From: Alphaproteobacteria bacterium
GTDB lineage: Bacteria; Pseudomonadota; Alphaproteobacteria; VGDZ01
Assembly (NCBI GenBank): GCA_016869515.1
Contig: VGDZ01000003.1
Coordinates: 18,804 to 82,803 of the forward strand
DNA length: 64,000 bases
Direction of reading: 5' to 3'
Shown here one piece after another: positions 21,931 through 31,955 of the stretch; within the stretch, counting starts at the first letter, position 1; each line of letters begins with the position of its first letter. Made by a program: the position numbers and the translations under genes. Under the pieces are notes generated by a model. That model was given only the letters and a program-made list of their open reading frames with translations, did no database searches and was not told the origin of the DNA.

Positions 21931-21939
21931 GCGGCCGGC

Positions 21940-22956
21940 TCAACTCTTCCGTTCCGTCTGCCAAGTATCCGGATCGCGTGCGCGGCGGCGGAATTCCTCG
22001 ATCCGGTCGAGGCGATGGCAGGCAGCGTGGCGTCCCGGCTCGACTTCGAGCAGCGCGGGTTCGGCCTCGCTGCAATGGTTCTCGGCAAACGGACAGCGCG
22101 GCGCGAAGCGGCAGCCGGCGGGCGGCGTCACCAGATCCGGCGGCGCGCCGGGGATCGAGATCAGCGCGCGCCCGCCGTCGTCGAGATCGGGAAAGGCATT
22201 GCACAGCCCGAGCGTATAGGGATGCAGCGGGCGTTCGAACACGGCGCGATCCCCGGTTTCGACCGCTCTTCCGCCATACATCACGGCAATGCGGTCGCAA
22301 TTCTCGGCCACCACCGCCATGTCATGGGTGATTAGCAGCATGGTCTTGCGCTGCTCGCGGTGCAGCGAGCGGATGTGCTGCAGGATCTGGTCCTGGACGA
22401 CGACGTCGAGGCCGGTGGTCGGCTCGTCGGCCACGATCAGGTCGGGATCCAGCGCCATCGCCATGGCGATCATGGCGCGCTGGCGCATGCCGCCCGAGAA
22501 CTGGTGCGGATAGTCGTCGAGCCGTGCGATCTCCAACCCGACGCGGGCGAACAGCGCGGCGATCCGTTCGGCGCGCGCCGGCGCCGCCATGGCGCCGTGG
22601 GCCAGGATCGCTTCGTCGAGCTGGGCGCGGACGGTATAGACCGGATCGAAGGCGTTCATCGCGCTTTGCGGTACCAGCGCCATGCGCCGGCCGCGCAATT
22701 CCCGGGACCGCTCGGGATCGAGCGTCGCCAAGTCCTGGCCGCGAAACCGAATCCGGCCGGCGGCAATGCGGCCATTGGGCGGCAGGATGCCCATCACCGC
22801 CCGCGCGATGGTCGACTTGCCGCAGCCGGATTCGCCGACCAGGCCGAGGCATTCGCCTTCGGCCAGTGCCAGCGACACGCGATCGACCGCGCGCGCCTCG
22901 CCCTGGCGCGTGGCGTAGCGCACTTCCAGCCCTTCGAGCGCCAGCACCGGATCCAC
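21940..22956 (-). CDS. Dipeptide/oligopeptide-type ABC transporter ATP-binding protein (DppD/OppD-like)
   Basis: GTG 22956 three nt below the upstream permease stop; Walker [10 protein letters not shown], signature [16 protein letters not shown]-terminal oligopeptide-ATPase domain with CxxC; the upstream 260 aa of the track ORF overlap the permease in another frame. Confidence 0.8.
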   Translation of the reverse strand: MDPVLALEGLEVRYATRQGEARAVDRVSLALAEGECLGLVGESGCGKSTIARAVMGILPPNGRIAAGRIRFRGQDLATLDPERSRELRGRRMALVPQSAMNAFDPVYTVRAQLDEAILAHGAMAAPARAERIAALFARVGLEIARLDDYPHQFSGGMRQRAMIAMAMALDPDLIVADEPTTGLDVVVQDQILQHIRSLHREQRKTMLLITHDMAVVAENCDRIAVMYGGRAVETGDRAVFERPLHPYTLGLCNAFPDLDDGGRALISIPGAPPDLVTPPAGCRFAPRCPFAENHCSEAEPALLEVEPGRHAACHRLDRIEEFRRRARDPDTWQTERKS

Positions 22957-22958
22957 GG

Positions 22959-23816
22959 CTAGACCGCGCGCAGCCGCGGATTGAGGATCTCTTCGTAGGC
23001 GCGGCCGACCATGAAGATCGCCATCACGAACAGCGACAGCGCCACCCCCGGCGGCAGCACCCACCACCACGCGGTACGCATGGCACCGGCGCGGAAGGCG
23101 GCATTGAGCATGATGCCCCAGCTTTGGGCGTGCGGATCGCCGAAACCGAGAAAGGACAGCGCGGCCTCGAGCATGACGCCGGTCTGCACGCCCACGGCGA
23201 CGTAGAGGAAGCTGAGCGGCAGCACGTTGGGCGCGATGTGGCGGAACAGGATCGCCCAATGGCCGGCGCCCGCGGCGCGCGCCGCCCAAACGAAAGGCCG
23301 CTCCTTGAGCGACAGCGTTTGGGCGCGGATCACCCGCGCCGTGGTCCGCCACAGGAAGAAGATCACCAAGAGGATCACCAGGCCGAGGCTGGGCTCGGCC
23401 ATGGCGATCACCACCAGCGCAAAAGGGAGGAACGGAATGCCGAAGGCGACGTCGGTCAACCGCATCAACACGTCGTCGATCCATCCGCCGAAATAGCCCG
23501 ATACCAGCCCGATCAGCGTCCCGACCACGACGCTGCCCAGCGCCGACAAGAGGCCGACCGTGAGCGCGACGCGCGAGCCCCATACCAACTGGCTGAACAC
23601 GTCCATGCCCTGATTGGTGGTGCCGAACCAATTGCGGGCCGAAGGCGGAGCCAAGCGCGGCACGCTGCGGTCGGGCCCGAACGCCACCTCGAACGGGCCG
23701 TAGGGCGCGATCAGCGGCGCGGCCACAGCCAATGCGACGAAACCGCATATCAGCGCCAAGCCGACCGCGGCCGAAGGATTGCGCCCAAGCACATCGAGGA
23801 AACGCGGCCCGGTCAC
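22959..23816 (-). CDS. Dpp/Opp-type ABC transporter permease (DppC-like)
   Basis: 285-aa TM protein with ATG 23816; typical binding-protein-dependent transport signature region. Confidence 0.85.
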   Translation of the reverse strand: MTGPRFLDVLGRNPSAAVGLALICGFVALAVAAPLIAPYGPFEVAFGPDRSVPRLAPPSARNWFGTTNQGMDVFSQLVWGSRVALTVGLLSALGSVVVGTLIGLVSGYFGGWIDDVLMRLTDVAFGIPFLPFALVVIAMAEPSLGLVILLVIFFLWRTTARVIRAQTLSLKERPFVWAARAAGAGHWAILFRHIAPNVLPLSFLYVAVGVQTGVMLEAALSFLGFGDPHAQSWGIMLNAAFRAGAMRTAWWWVLPPGVALSLFVMAIFMVGRAYEEILNPRLRAV

Positions 23817-23825
23817 CGGCCGATC

Positions 23826-24800
23826 CTACTCATAGGTAACCCGAGGATCGATCGCGCCGTAGAGCAGATCGGCGATCAGGTTCAAGGCCAAGGTCACCAG
23901 CGCCATCAGATAGAGCGCCGCTTGCGCCACCGGAAAATCGAGATGGGTCAGCGCCTGGACCAGCTCGCGTCCCAACCCCGGCCAGGCGAAGATGATCTCG
24001 AGCAGAACCTGGCCCTGGAACAGGATTCCGGTCATCACCGCGACATAGGTCACCAGCGGCAAGAGCGCATTGCGCGTGGCATGGACCACGATCCGGCCCT
24101 CGCCCAGCCCCTTGGCGCGCAACATGTCGAGAAAGTCGCTGCCCTTGACCTCCAGCATCGAGGACCGCAGCAAGAGGATCGGCCCGGTGATCTCGCGGCT
24201 GACCAGCACCAGCCCGGGCAGGACGAGATGCTTCCAATAGTCGGGCGAGGCCAGCATGCCCCACAGCGTGTCCGGCCCGCCCAGCGGCACCATCCCGCCG
24301 GGCGGCAGCCAGCGCAACTGATAGGAAAACACCATCAGCGCCAGGATGCCGACGAAGAAAGACGGCACCGAATGCAGCACCAGCGAGGTCGCCACCGCCG
24401 CGCGCTCGAACACGCTGCCGCGCGTCCAGCCGGCATAGGCGCCGATCAGGGTGCCGAACACCACGCTGACCAGCAGCGCCGGCACGATCATCAGGCAGGT
24501 GTTGCGGACCTTGTCGAGCATGATCTCGGCCACCGACTCGTTCTGAAAGAAAGGATGGCCGAAATCGAACAACAGCATGTTGCGCAGATAGCGCAGATAC
24601 TGCACCCACCACGGATCGTTCAGCCCCCACAGCATGCGCTGGCGCTGGATCATGTCCTCGGTGAAGTTGTTGTCGACGAAGATCGCGGTCGGATCGCCCG
24701 GCATCAGCTTGAACAGCAGAAACATGATGGTCAGGATGCACCAGACGACGAAGCCGGCTTGCGCCAGCCGTCGCAGCAAATAGCGCCGGAATCCCCCCAT
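23826..24800 (-). CDS. Dpp/Opp-type ABC transporter permease (DppB-like)
   Basis: 324-aa TM protein with ATG 24800. Confidence 0.85.
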   Translation of the reverse strand: MGGFRRYLLRRLAQAGFVVWCILTIMFLLFKLMPGDPTAIFVDNNFTEDMIQRQRMLWGLNDPWWVQYLRYLRNMLLFDFGHPFFQNESVAEIMLDKVRNTCLMIVPALLVSVVFGTLIGAYAGWTRGSVFERAAVATSLVLHSVPSFFVGILALMVFSYQLRWLPPGGMVPLGGPDTLWGMLASPDYWKHLVLPGLVLVSREITGPILLLRSSMLEVKGSDFLDMLRAKGLGEGRIVVHATRNALLPLVTYVAVMTGILFQGQVLLEIIFAWPGLGRELVQALTHLDFPVAQAALYLMALVTLALNLIADLLYGAIDPRVTYE

Positions 24801-24824
24801 GTGCCGTGACGCGCGCCCGGCGTC

Positions 24825-26657
24825 CTATCCGCCGAGCATCTTGAGTCCGCCCCAAGTCAGGCCAGGCTTCGAGACGCGGACCACGCGTTGCCGCCAGCCG
24901 GCGTTGACGGGCGCGGGATAGACCAACCGCCCATCGCTGGCCCAGGCGTATCCGGCCGCGCGCAGGATCTCGCGCGCCTTGCCGAGGTCGAAGCCCGGCA
25001 CCGCCGGCAGGTCGGGATTGTGCCAAGGATTGCCTTCGGCCAGGAAGGTGTTGGACTTGGGCACGCGGCCGGCGCCTTCCCAAGGAACCTTGACCAGGAA
25101 TTCGCGGTCGATGCTGTGCTGCCAGGCCAGGCGGAACTCGTAGTCGCGCCAGGGCAGCACCGAGGCCCGCACCACGCCGTGCAGCCAGTTGACGTCGGGC
25201 GTGCGCTCGATGCGCACATGCGAGGACTTGGCCAACTGGGCGGCCTGGCTCGGAGTCAGGCTGATATTGCTCGATTCGATGACGTCGATCTCGCGGCTCT
25301 CCAGCCGCCCCATCAGCCCGTCGAGCGAGGGCGTCACCACCACCCAGATGTCGTCGACTTGGGGCGGATCGAAGTGCTTCTTGTTGGCGATCAGCTGCAG
25401 CTCGGTGTCCTTGCGGTGCCGGCCGAAGCGATAGGGGCCCGAGCCGATCGGCGTGTCGATCCGCAACCGCCGCGGATCGCCGGCGGTGTTCTGCTCCTCC
25501 ATGATGTTGCCCCAGATGTGCTGGGGCAGGACGACGTTGAGCTGCATGAAATAGCTCTCGAACTGGCCGTAGGGCTGCTTGAATCGGGTACGCAGCACGC
25601 CATTGGCCTCGTCGACGATCTCGGCGCTTTCGAGGAAGCGGTTGGCGGTCCAGAATATGCCGCGCTCGTACTTGACCATGAAATCGAGGGTGAACTTGAG
25701 GTCGCGCACCGTCACCGGCCGGCCGTCGTGGAACTCCATGCCCTTGCGCAGGGTCAGGTCCCAAGTCCGCTCGTCCAGCCGCCGCCAGGATTCCACCGCC
25801 CAGGGGATGACGTTGAGGTTCTCGTCGTAATAGGCCAAGCGATCGTAGATCATGCGCCCGATGGCGCGCATGTTGTTGGTCGCGCCCAGGAGATTGGTGG
25901 TCTCGAGCAGGTTGGTCATGCCGACCCGCAGGCTCTTGCGATTGCCCTTGGGCTTGACCCGCGAGAAGCCGAGGAAGGCGTTGAAATTGCCAATACCGAA
26001 GCCGCGCGACTTGACGAAATTGTCCCAATCGCCGCCGTTATAGGCCTCGATGATCGAGGGCCCCCAGCCGAACACGCAGGGATAGAGATCCTCGGCCATG
26101 ACCCGCGCCGCCTCGCGCACCAGCTTGAGGCGCTCGGCCGGATCGCTGGCGGCGGATTGGCGGTCGATCAAGTCGTCGTATTGCTCGACCACCCATTCGC
26201 CGTAATTGCGGCGGTCGCTGCCATAGCCGCGCGAGACGATCCATTCCGCCGGATCGACCCGCTCGGGCCGGAGGACGGCGGGGTGGACCTCGATGTCGCC
26301 GTGGCGGTGGACGTTGATTTCCTCGAGCCAGCGCGCCTGGGACATCTGTTCGAGCTTGTAGCGCAAGCCCAGTTGCTCGCCGTCCTTGGACCATTTGCGG
26401 AAGGCATCCAGCCAGGCCGGCTCGGTATTGGGGATGATGACCCGGATCTCGGGCACGCGCTCGCCGGCCTGCGGCCAGGTCAGGCGCGCGGCCGTCTCCT
26501 TCACCCATTGCGGGTCCTTGATGTAGTAGCCGGCGACATCGTCGTAGAATTTGCGGTATTTGGGGTTGACGACATCGATCGCGGGCTCGGCCTGGGCCAA
26601 AGCCGGGCCGGCGGCACCGCTGGCGGCCATCAGCATCATCAGGCTGCGGCGATCCAT
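24825..26657 (-). CDS. ABC transporter substrate-binding protein, family 5 (DppA/OppA-like), Tat-type signal
   Basis: Start chosen at MDRRSLMMLMAASGAAGPALA (RR signal); alternative start at 26690; about 610 aa, typical for family 5. Confidence 0.8.
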   Translation of the reverse strand: MDRRSLMMLMAASGAAGPALAQAEPAIDVVNPKYRKFYDDVAGYYIKDPQWVKETAARLTWPQAGERVPEIRVIIPNTEPAWLDAFRKWSKDGEQLGLRYKLEQMSQARWLEEINVHRHGDIEVHPAVLRPERVDPAEWIVSRGYGSDRRNYGEWVVEQYDDLIDRQSAASDPAERLKLVREAARVMAEDLYPCVFGWGPSIIEAYNGGDWDNFVKSRGFGIGNFNAFLGFSRVKPKGNRKSLRVGMTNLLETTNLLGATNNMRAIGRMIYDRLAYYDENLNVIPWAVESWRRLDERTWDLTLRKGMEFHDGRPVTVRDLKFTLDFMVKYERGIFWTANRFLESAEIVDEANGVLRTRFKQPYGQFESYFMQLNVVLPQHIWGNIMEEQNTAGDPRRLRIDTPIGSGPYRFGRHRKDTELQLIANKKHFDPPQVDDIWVVVTPSLDGLMGRLESREIDVIESSNISLTPSQAAQLAKSSHVRIERTPDVNWLHGVVRASVLPWRDYEFRLAWQHSIDREFLVKVPWEGAGRVPKSNTFLAEGNPWHNPDLPAVPGFDLGKAREILRAAGYAWASDGRLVYPAPVNAGWRQRVVRVSKPGLTWGGLKMLGG

Positions 26658-26711
26658 CTTTGGACCTTTGAAGCGCTCTTGCCTGCTCATGTCGCGTCCC
26701 CTTCTTCTCGC

Positions 26712-27713
26712 TCAATTCCCCGACTTGCCACCAGCGACCGCACCGCGTGCGCGCGGATCGTAGACGCCCAACGACCGATCATAGCGCTCCAGCGTCTCGG
26801 GCGGCAGGTAGCGCTGTTCCAGCTCCTGAACCTTGGGAAAGCCGGTCATGTCGAAAATCCCGAAGCCACCCAATGGGTGGTTCTTGTGGCGCTGGGCGAA
26901 CTCATTGTAGGCGTCGTCGCCGCGGCGCCGGTAATCGAGCAGGAAATCGTGCATCAGGATGGCGCCGATCCGCGCCACGTGCACGCCGGTCACGCACATG
27001 CCGTATTCGCGCATCTCGGCGTCGCTGATCGGCGGGTCGATCGCCCAGGGCGTGATCTTGAGCAGGGCCTTGGGAAAGGCCTGCCGCACGGCGCCGATTT
27101 CCTCGCGCGACTGCAGCGCCTCGACATAGAGCATGTCGATGCCGGCATCGAGATAGGCGCGGCCGCGCCGCAGCACCTCGTCCATGCCGCCGCCGACGGC
27201 GCCGCGGGCGTCGGTGCGGGCGACGATGACGAAATCGGGATCGAGCGCGTCGCGTGTCTCGCAGGCGGCGCGGTACTTGCCGACCGCCTCCTCCAGCGGA
27301 ATCATCTCCTTGCCCTTGACGAAGCCGCAGCGCTTGGGCGCCACCTGGTCCTCGATGAACAGCGAGGCGGCGCCGGCGCGGATGATTTCGTCGACCGTGC
27401 GCACGACGTTGATAGCGTTGCCGAAGCCGGTGTCGCAATCGACCATCACCGGGATCGACACCGCCTGGCAGATGCGGCGGGTGTTTTCGACCAACTCGGT
27501 TTGCGTAAGAAAGCCGGCATCGGGCAACCCCAATAGATGTGTCGAGGTGTTCGAGCCCGAAATGCCGAAGAACTTGAAGCCGGTGGCCTCGGCCAGTTGG
27601 GCGTGATGGGCGGTGCCGCCCCAGATGCCGTGGATCGGCAGGGGGCCCTCGCGCAGCATGGCGCGAAAGGCCTTGGACGGCGAGCCCTGGATCGCCAGAG
27701 GACGGAGGCGCAT
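26712..27713 (-). CDS. PEP mutase / isocitrate lyase superfamily enzyme, paralog 2
   Basis: ATG 27713 (Met 50 of the track ORF) preceded by an AAGGAGA-like ribosome-binding site; motifs DCDTGFGN, FIEDQ, KRCGF. Confidence 0.8.
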   Translation of the reverse strand: MRLRPLAIQGSPSKAFRAMLREGPLPIHGIWGGTAHHAQLAEATGFKFFGISGSNTSTHLLGLPDAGFLTQTELVENTRRICQAVSIPVMVDCDTGFGNAINVVRTVDEIIRAGAASLFIEDQVAPKRCGFVKGKEMIPLEEAVGKYRAACETRDALDPDFVIVARTDARGAVGGGMDEVLRRGRAYLDAGIDMLYVEALQSREEIGAVRQAFPKALLKITPWAIDPPISDAEMREYGMCVTGVHVARIGAILMHDFLLDYRRRGDDAYNEFAQRHKNHPLGGFGIFDMTGFPKVQELEQRYLPPETLERYDRSLGVYDPRARGAVAGGKSGN

Positions 27714-27733
27714 GGCGGATTCTCCTTGCGGCG

Positions 27734-28750
27734 TCAGTTGAAACGCGGGTTCTCGATCAGATGGCAGGCGGCCTGGTGGCCCTCGCCGACCGCCACCGGC
27801 TGCGGCGCGACCTCGCGGCACAGCGTGCCGGCGTGCCGACAGCGGGGGTGGAAGTGGCAACCGCGCGGCGGGTCTATCGGGTTGGGCACCGCGCCCGGCA
27901 GGGCGATGCGCGCGCGCCGGCGTGGGCCCATCGCCGGCACCGCCGCCATCAGCGCCTGGGCATAGGGGTGCCGCGGCGAGTCGAGCACGGCGCGCGCCGG
28001 GCCGATCTCGACGATGCGGCCGAGATACATCACCGCCACGCGCCGGCAGATATGGCGCATGGTCGACAGGTCGTGCGAGACGTAGAGGATCGCCATCGCC
28101 TGCTCCTCGGCGAAGCGGCGCAGCAGGTTCAGGATTCCGGCCCGGATCGAAATGTCGAGCATCGACACCGGCTCGTCGGCCACCAGGAAACTGGGCTCGA
28201 CGGCGATGGCGCGGGCGATGGCGACGCGTTGCAATTGGCCGCCGGAAAGCTGATGCGGAAAGCGCTCGAGATAGGTCGCGACCGGACTAAGGCCGGCGCG
28301 CTCGAGCGCGCGCACTATTCGTTCCCGGCGTCCCGCCGGGCTGTCGTCGAAATGAATCGCCACCGGCTCGCCGACCGCGTCGGCCACGGTGAAGCGCGGA
28401 TTGAGCGCCTCATAGGGGTTCTGGAACACGATCTGGGCGCGGCGGCGGAATGCCTTGAGCCGCGCGCCCGAAAGTCCGGCGGTATCTTCGCCTGCAAATC
28501 GGATCTCGCCGGCGCTGGGCGAGAGCAGGCGCAGCACCGTCATGCCGGTGGTCGACTTGCCGCAGCCGCTTTCGCCGGCGAGGCCCAGCACTTCGCCCGG
28601 GACCAGGCTGAAGCCGACGCCGTCGACCGCGCGCACATGGCGTTCGACGGCGCCGGCCAGAGTCGCAATCAGGCCGCGCCGCACCGGAAACCATTTGCGC
28701 AGCGCCTCGACCGCGATCACCGGGGCGGGCCCCGGCGCCGGTGCGCTCAC
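27734..28750 (-). CDS. Dipeptide/oligopeptide-type ABC transporter ATP-binding protein (DppF/OppF-like)
   Basis: GTG 28750 overlapping upstream gene stop (GTGA); Walker [10 protein letters not shown], signature LSGGQLQRVAIARAI, Walker B LVADEPVSMLD; the upstream 160 aa of the track ORF are out-of-frame overlap. Confidence 0.8.
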   Translation of the reverse strand: MSAPAPGPAPVIAVEALRKWFPVRRGLIATLAGAVERHVRAVDGVGFSLVPGEVLGLAGESGCGKSTTGMTVLRLLSPSAGEIRFAGEDTAGLSGARLKAFRRRAQIVFQNPYEALNPRFTVADAVGEPVAIHFDDSPAGRRERIVRALERAGLSPVATYLERFPHQLSGGQLQRVAIARAIAVEPSFLVADEPVSMLDISIRAGILNLLRRFAEEQAMAILYVSHDLSTMRHICRRVAVMYLGRIVEIGPARAVLDSPRHPYAQALMAAVPAMGPRRRARIALPGAVPNPIDPPRGCHFHPRCRHAGTLCREVAPQPVAVGEGHQAACHLIENPRFN

Positions 28751-29688
28751 GGCCGGAAGCCGATCGAGCCCTCGTAACGTCGCTGCATCTCTTCGGTCGG
28801 CAGGTACTGTTCCTCGAGCTTGCGGATCGCGGGGAAGCCGACAAAGGTATGGAAATCGGCCGCCGGGTGGCCGTTGAGTTCCGGCTTGAGCCGCTCCTCC
28901 AGCGCCGCGTCCTCGCGCGCGAAATCGTGCAGATAGTCCCACATCGCCCGCGCCGCGGCGCGCATCGCGCCGCCGGCATTGGCGACCAGGAACACCTTCA
29001 TCTGGTTCATCTCGGCCAAGGTCAGGTTGGGCGAAACCCCGGTCCGGTTGTAGAGCAGCGGCGCCTTGACCTCGCGCGCCACCCGCTCCATCTCGGCGCG
29101 GCTCAGCAGGCCCTCGGGAAAGAACACGTCCATGCCGGCGTCGATGTAGGCCTTGCCGCGGCGGATGGTCTCTTCGAGGCTGCCGCCGGCAACGCCGCGC
29201 GCATCGCAGCGCGCGATCAGCACCACGTCCTTGTCGCAACGATCGCGCGTCGCCACCGCGGCGCGGTACTTGCCGACCGCTTCCTCCAGCGAGATGATCT
29301 GCTTGCCCGAGACGTGGCCGCAGCGCTTGGGCGCGACTTGGTCCTCCATGAACATGCCGCCGACGCCGGCCTTGATGAACTGCTCGACCGTGCGGATGGC
29401 GTTGATGGCGTTGCCGTAGCCGGTGTCGGCGTCGGCCATCACCGGAATGTCGACCGCATCGCAGACATAGCCGGTGACTTGCACCACCTCGCTCATCGTC
29501 GTCAGGCCGACATCGGGCTTGCCGATCAGCGTCGCCGACAGCGAATAGCCCGAGACGCCGACGGTCTCGAAGCCGGCCTTTTCGGCGATCTGCGCCGACA
29601 TGGCGTTGAACACGCCCGGCTGCACGTAGGTCTTGCCGCCCCGCAGCATTTCGCGGAAACGACGGGACATGCCCTTGAGTCCGGCCAT
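28747..29688 (-). CDS. PEP mutase / isocitrate lyase superfamily enzyme, paralog 3
   Basis: ATG 29688 (MAGLKGM); motifs DADTGYGN, FMEDQ, KRCGH; source gene of the remnant at 11855..11975. Confidence 0.8.
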   Translation of the reverse strand: MAGLKGMSRRFREMLRGGKTYVQPGVFNAMSAQIAEKAGFETVGVSGYSLSATLIGKPDVGLTTMSEVVQVTGYVCDAVDIPVMADADTGYGNAINAIRTVEQFIKAGVGGMFMEDQVAPKRCGHVSGKQIISLEEAVGKYRAAVATRDRCDKDVVLIARCDARGVAGGSLEETIRRGKAYIDAGMDVFFPEGLLSRAEMERVAREVKAPLLYNRTGVSPNLTLAEMNQMKVFLVANAGGAMRAAARAMWDYLHDFAREDAALEERLKPELNGHPAADFHTFVGFPAIRKLEEQYLPTEEMQRRYEGSIGFRP

Positions 29689-29874
29689 CGGCGCCCTCCC
29701 TTGGCGATCGATCAAGATCGAGCGATGAGTGTCAAAAGCGCGCCTGGGCGAGTCAACCCGATTTTTCCCCATGACTGCCTGGCGAAAATAGGGTTGCCGA
29801 CAGCCGTGCATGTGCCCGTTCCGGGACTAGAATGGACCTCCGGCAACGAGGCCGATCGTCTTCGGGGAACGCAC

Positions 29875-31287
29875 ATGACCGGACCACGGACATTCTTCGA
29901 GAAGGTTTGGAGCGATCACGTCATCGCCGACCTCGGCGACAACACCGCGCTGCTGCAGATCGACCGGCTGTTCCTGCACGAGATGAGCGGCTCGGTGGCG
30001 ATGCGGCAGCTGGCCGAGTCCGGTCGCGAGCCGGCCATGCGCGAGCTGGTGTTCACCGTCATCGACCACGTCATCGACACCGCGCCCGGGCGCGGGCTCG
30101 ACCAGTCGCGCTCCAAGGCCGGCCCCGAGATGATCCGCGCGGCACGCGCGGGGTCGCGCAGATACGGATTCAATTTCGTCGACGTCGACGATCCCCGCCA
30201 GGGCATCGTCCACGTCATATCGCCCGAGCTGGGCGTGGCCTTGCCTGGATTGACCCTGGTTTGCGGCGACAGCCATACCTGCACCGTCGGCGGCGTCGGC
30301 GCGCTGGCCTGGGGCATCGGCTCGACCGAGGGCGAGCACGTGCTGGCGACGCAGACCCTGCCGCAAGTCAGGCCCAAGGCGATGCGGGTCAATTTCGAGG
30401 GCAAGCCGGCGAAGGGGGTCTATCCCAAGGACATGGTGCTGGCGTTGATCGGCAAGATCGGCGCCAATGGCGGCATCGGCTATGCGGTCGAGTTCGCGGG
30501 ATCGGCGATCCGCGAAATGCCGGTCGAGGGGCGGTTGACGATCTGCAACATGGCGATCGAGTTCTCGGCCAAGTACGGCTTCGTCGCGCCCGACGAGATC
30601 ACCATCGACTATCTCAAGGGCCGCGAATATGCGCCCAAGGGTGCGGCTTGGGAGGCGGCGGTGCGCTATTGGCGATCCCTGCCCAGCGATCCCGGCGCGC
30701 GTTTCGAACACGAAGTCACGGTCGACTGCGGCGGGTTGAGCCCGCAGGTCACCTGGGGCACCAGCCCGCAGCAGGTGGTCGGCATCGACGGCCGCGTGCC
30801 CGACCCGGCGTCGGCCGACGATCCCGGCACGCGGACGCTGATCGAACGCGCGGCCGAATACGCCAAGCTCAAGCCCGGCCAGCCGATCCAGGGCGTCAAG
30901 ATCGACGTCGCCTATATCGGCTCCTGCACCAATGCGCGGCTGTCGGATCTGCGCGTGGCGGCGAACGTTCTCAAGGGCAAGCGCATCGCCGGCGGCGTGC
31001 AGGGCATTTGCGTTCCCGGCTCGACCGCGGTCAAGCGTGCGGCCGAGGCCGAGGGTCTCGACCGCGTGTTTCGCGATGCCGGCTTCGAATGGCACGAATC
31101 CGGCTGCGCCATGTGCGGTCACATGGGCAACGACCGGCTGGCGGATTTGCGCGTGATCAGCACCACCAACCGCAATTTCGAGGGTCGCCAGGGGCCGGCC
31201 ACCCGCACCCATCTCGCCAGCCCGGCGACGGTGGCGGCGTCCGCGCTGCGCGGACAGATCGCCGACGTCCGCGGCCTGATCGGCTAG
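29875..31287 (+). CDS. 3-isopropylmalate dehydratase large subunit-like (LeuC, ~470-aa bacterial type)
   Basis: ATG 29875; motifs VCGDSHTCT, IGSCTNARLSD and CAMCGHMG (Fe-S ligands). Confidence 0.85.
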   Translation: MTGPRTFFEKVWSDHVIADLGDNTALLQIDRLFLHEMSGSVAMRQLAESGREPAMRELVFTVIDHVIDTAPGRGLDQSRSKAGPEMIRAARAGSRRYGFNFVDVDDPRQGIVHVISPELGVALPGLTLVCGDSHTCTVGGVGALAWGIGSTEGEHVLATQTLPQVRPKAMRVNFEGKPAKGVYPKDMVLALIGKIGANGGIGYAVEFAGSAIREMPVEGRLTICNMAIEFSAKYGFVAPDEITIDYLKGREYAPKGAAWEAAVRYWRSLPSDPGARFEHEVTVDCGGLSPQVTWGTSPQQVVGIDGRVPDPASADDPGTRTLIERAAEYAKLKPGQPIQGVKIDVAYIGSCTNARLSDLRVAANVLKGKRIAGGVQGICVPGSTAVKRAAEAEGLDRVFRDAGFEWHESGCAMCGHMGNDRLADLRVISTTNRNFEGRQGPATRTHLASPATVAASALRGQIADVRGLIG

Positions 31288-31296
31288 GCGCGCACC

Positions 31297-31944
31297 ATGG
31301 AAAGCCTGGTGCGGATCAAGGGCGTGGCGGCGCCGCTTTTGCGCATCAATGTCGATACCGACCAGATCATCCCGGGGCCCGAGATCATGGCCTCGGTCGA
31401 CGAGAGCTATGCGCGCTGGGGCACCGGCCTGTTCGCTTATTGGCGCTATCTCGACGGCGCCGGTGGGGCGCACACGCCGAATCCCGAGTTCGTCCTCAAC
31501 CGGCCGCCCTATGACCGCGCCGTGATCCTGCTGGCGGACCGCAATTTCGGCTGCGGCTCCTCGCGCGAGCCGGCACCCAAGGCGCTGCGCGGCTTCGGAA
31601 TCCGTGCCGTGATCGCGCCGTCCTTCGGCGGCATCTTCTTCAACAACTGTTTCCGCAACGGGGTCCTGCCGATCGAGCTGTCGATCGAAGCGGTGCGCGA
31701 ACTGGCGGGCCAGGTCGAGCGCTCGCAAGGGCGCGGCGAGATATCTGTCGACCTGGAAGCCCAACGCATCACCGCGCCCGAAGGCGACGGCTACGGCTTC
31801 AGGACGCCGCCCTTGTTGCGACGCATGCTGCTCGAAGGCCTGGACGAGATCGGCGCCACGCTGGCTCGGCGCGGCGAGATCGAAGGTTTTCGCGGTCGAG
31901 ACCGATCGCGACGTCCCTGGGCCTATCGGCCCGGACTGGCTTGA
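31297..31944 (+). CDS. 3-isopropylmalate dehydratase small subunit-like (LeuD), copy 1
   Basis: 215 aa; NFGCGSSRE, APSFGGIFFNNCFRNG. Confidence 0.85.
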   Translation: MESLVRIKGVAAPLLRINVDTDQIIPGPEIMASVDESYARWGTGLFAYWRYLDGAGGAHTPNPEFVLNRPPYDRAVILLADRNFGCGSSREPAPKALRGFGIRAVIAPSFGGIFFNNCFRNGVLPIELSIEAVRELAGQVERSQGRGEISVDLEAQRITAPEGDGYGFRTPPLLRRMLLEGLDEIGATLARRGEIEGFRGRDRSRRPWAYRPGLA

Positions 31945-31955
31945 GAGGTGCCGCC

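Noticed and set aside
29827-31764. 645-aa ORF on the minus strand; other long ORFs such as 22524..24809 (761 aa), 24888..27536 (882 aa), 12147..13979 (610 aa), 1656..2489, 3480..4880 and 4531..5793
   Set aside because: They lie antisense to, or frame-shifted across, genes with clear family motifs. Their translations are low-complexity and Arg/Gly/Ala/Pro-rich with no recognisable domains, as expected from high GC keeping alternative frames open. These are standard high-GC artefacts.
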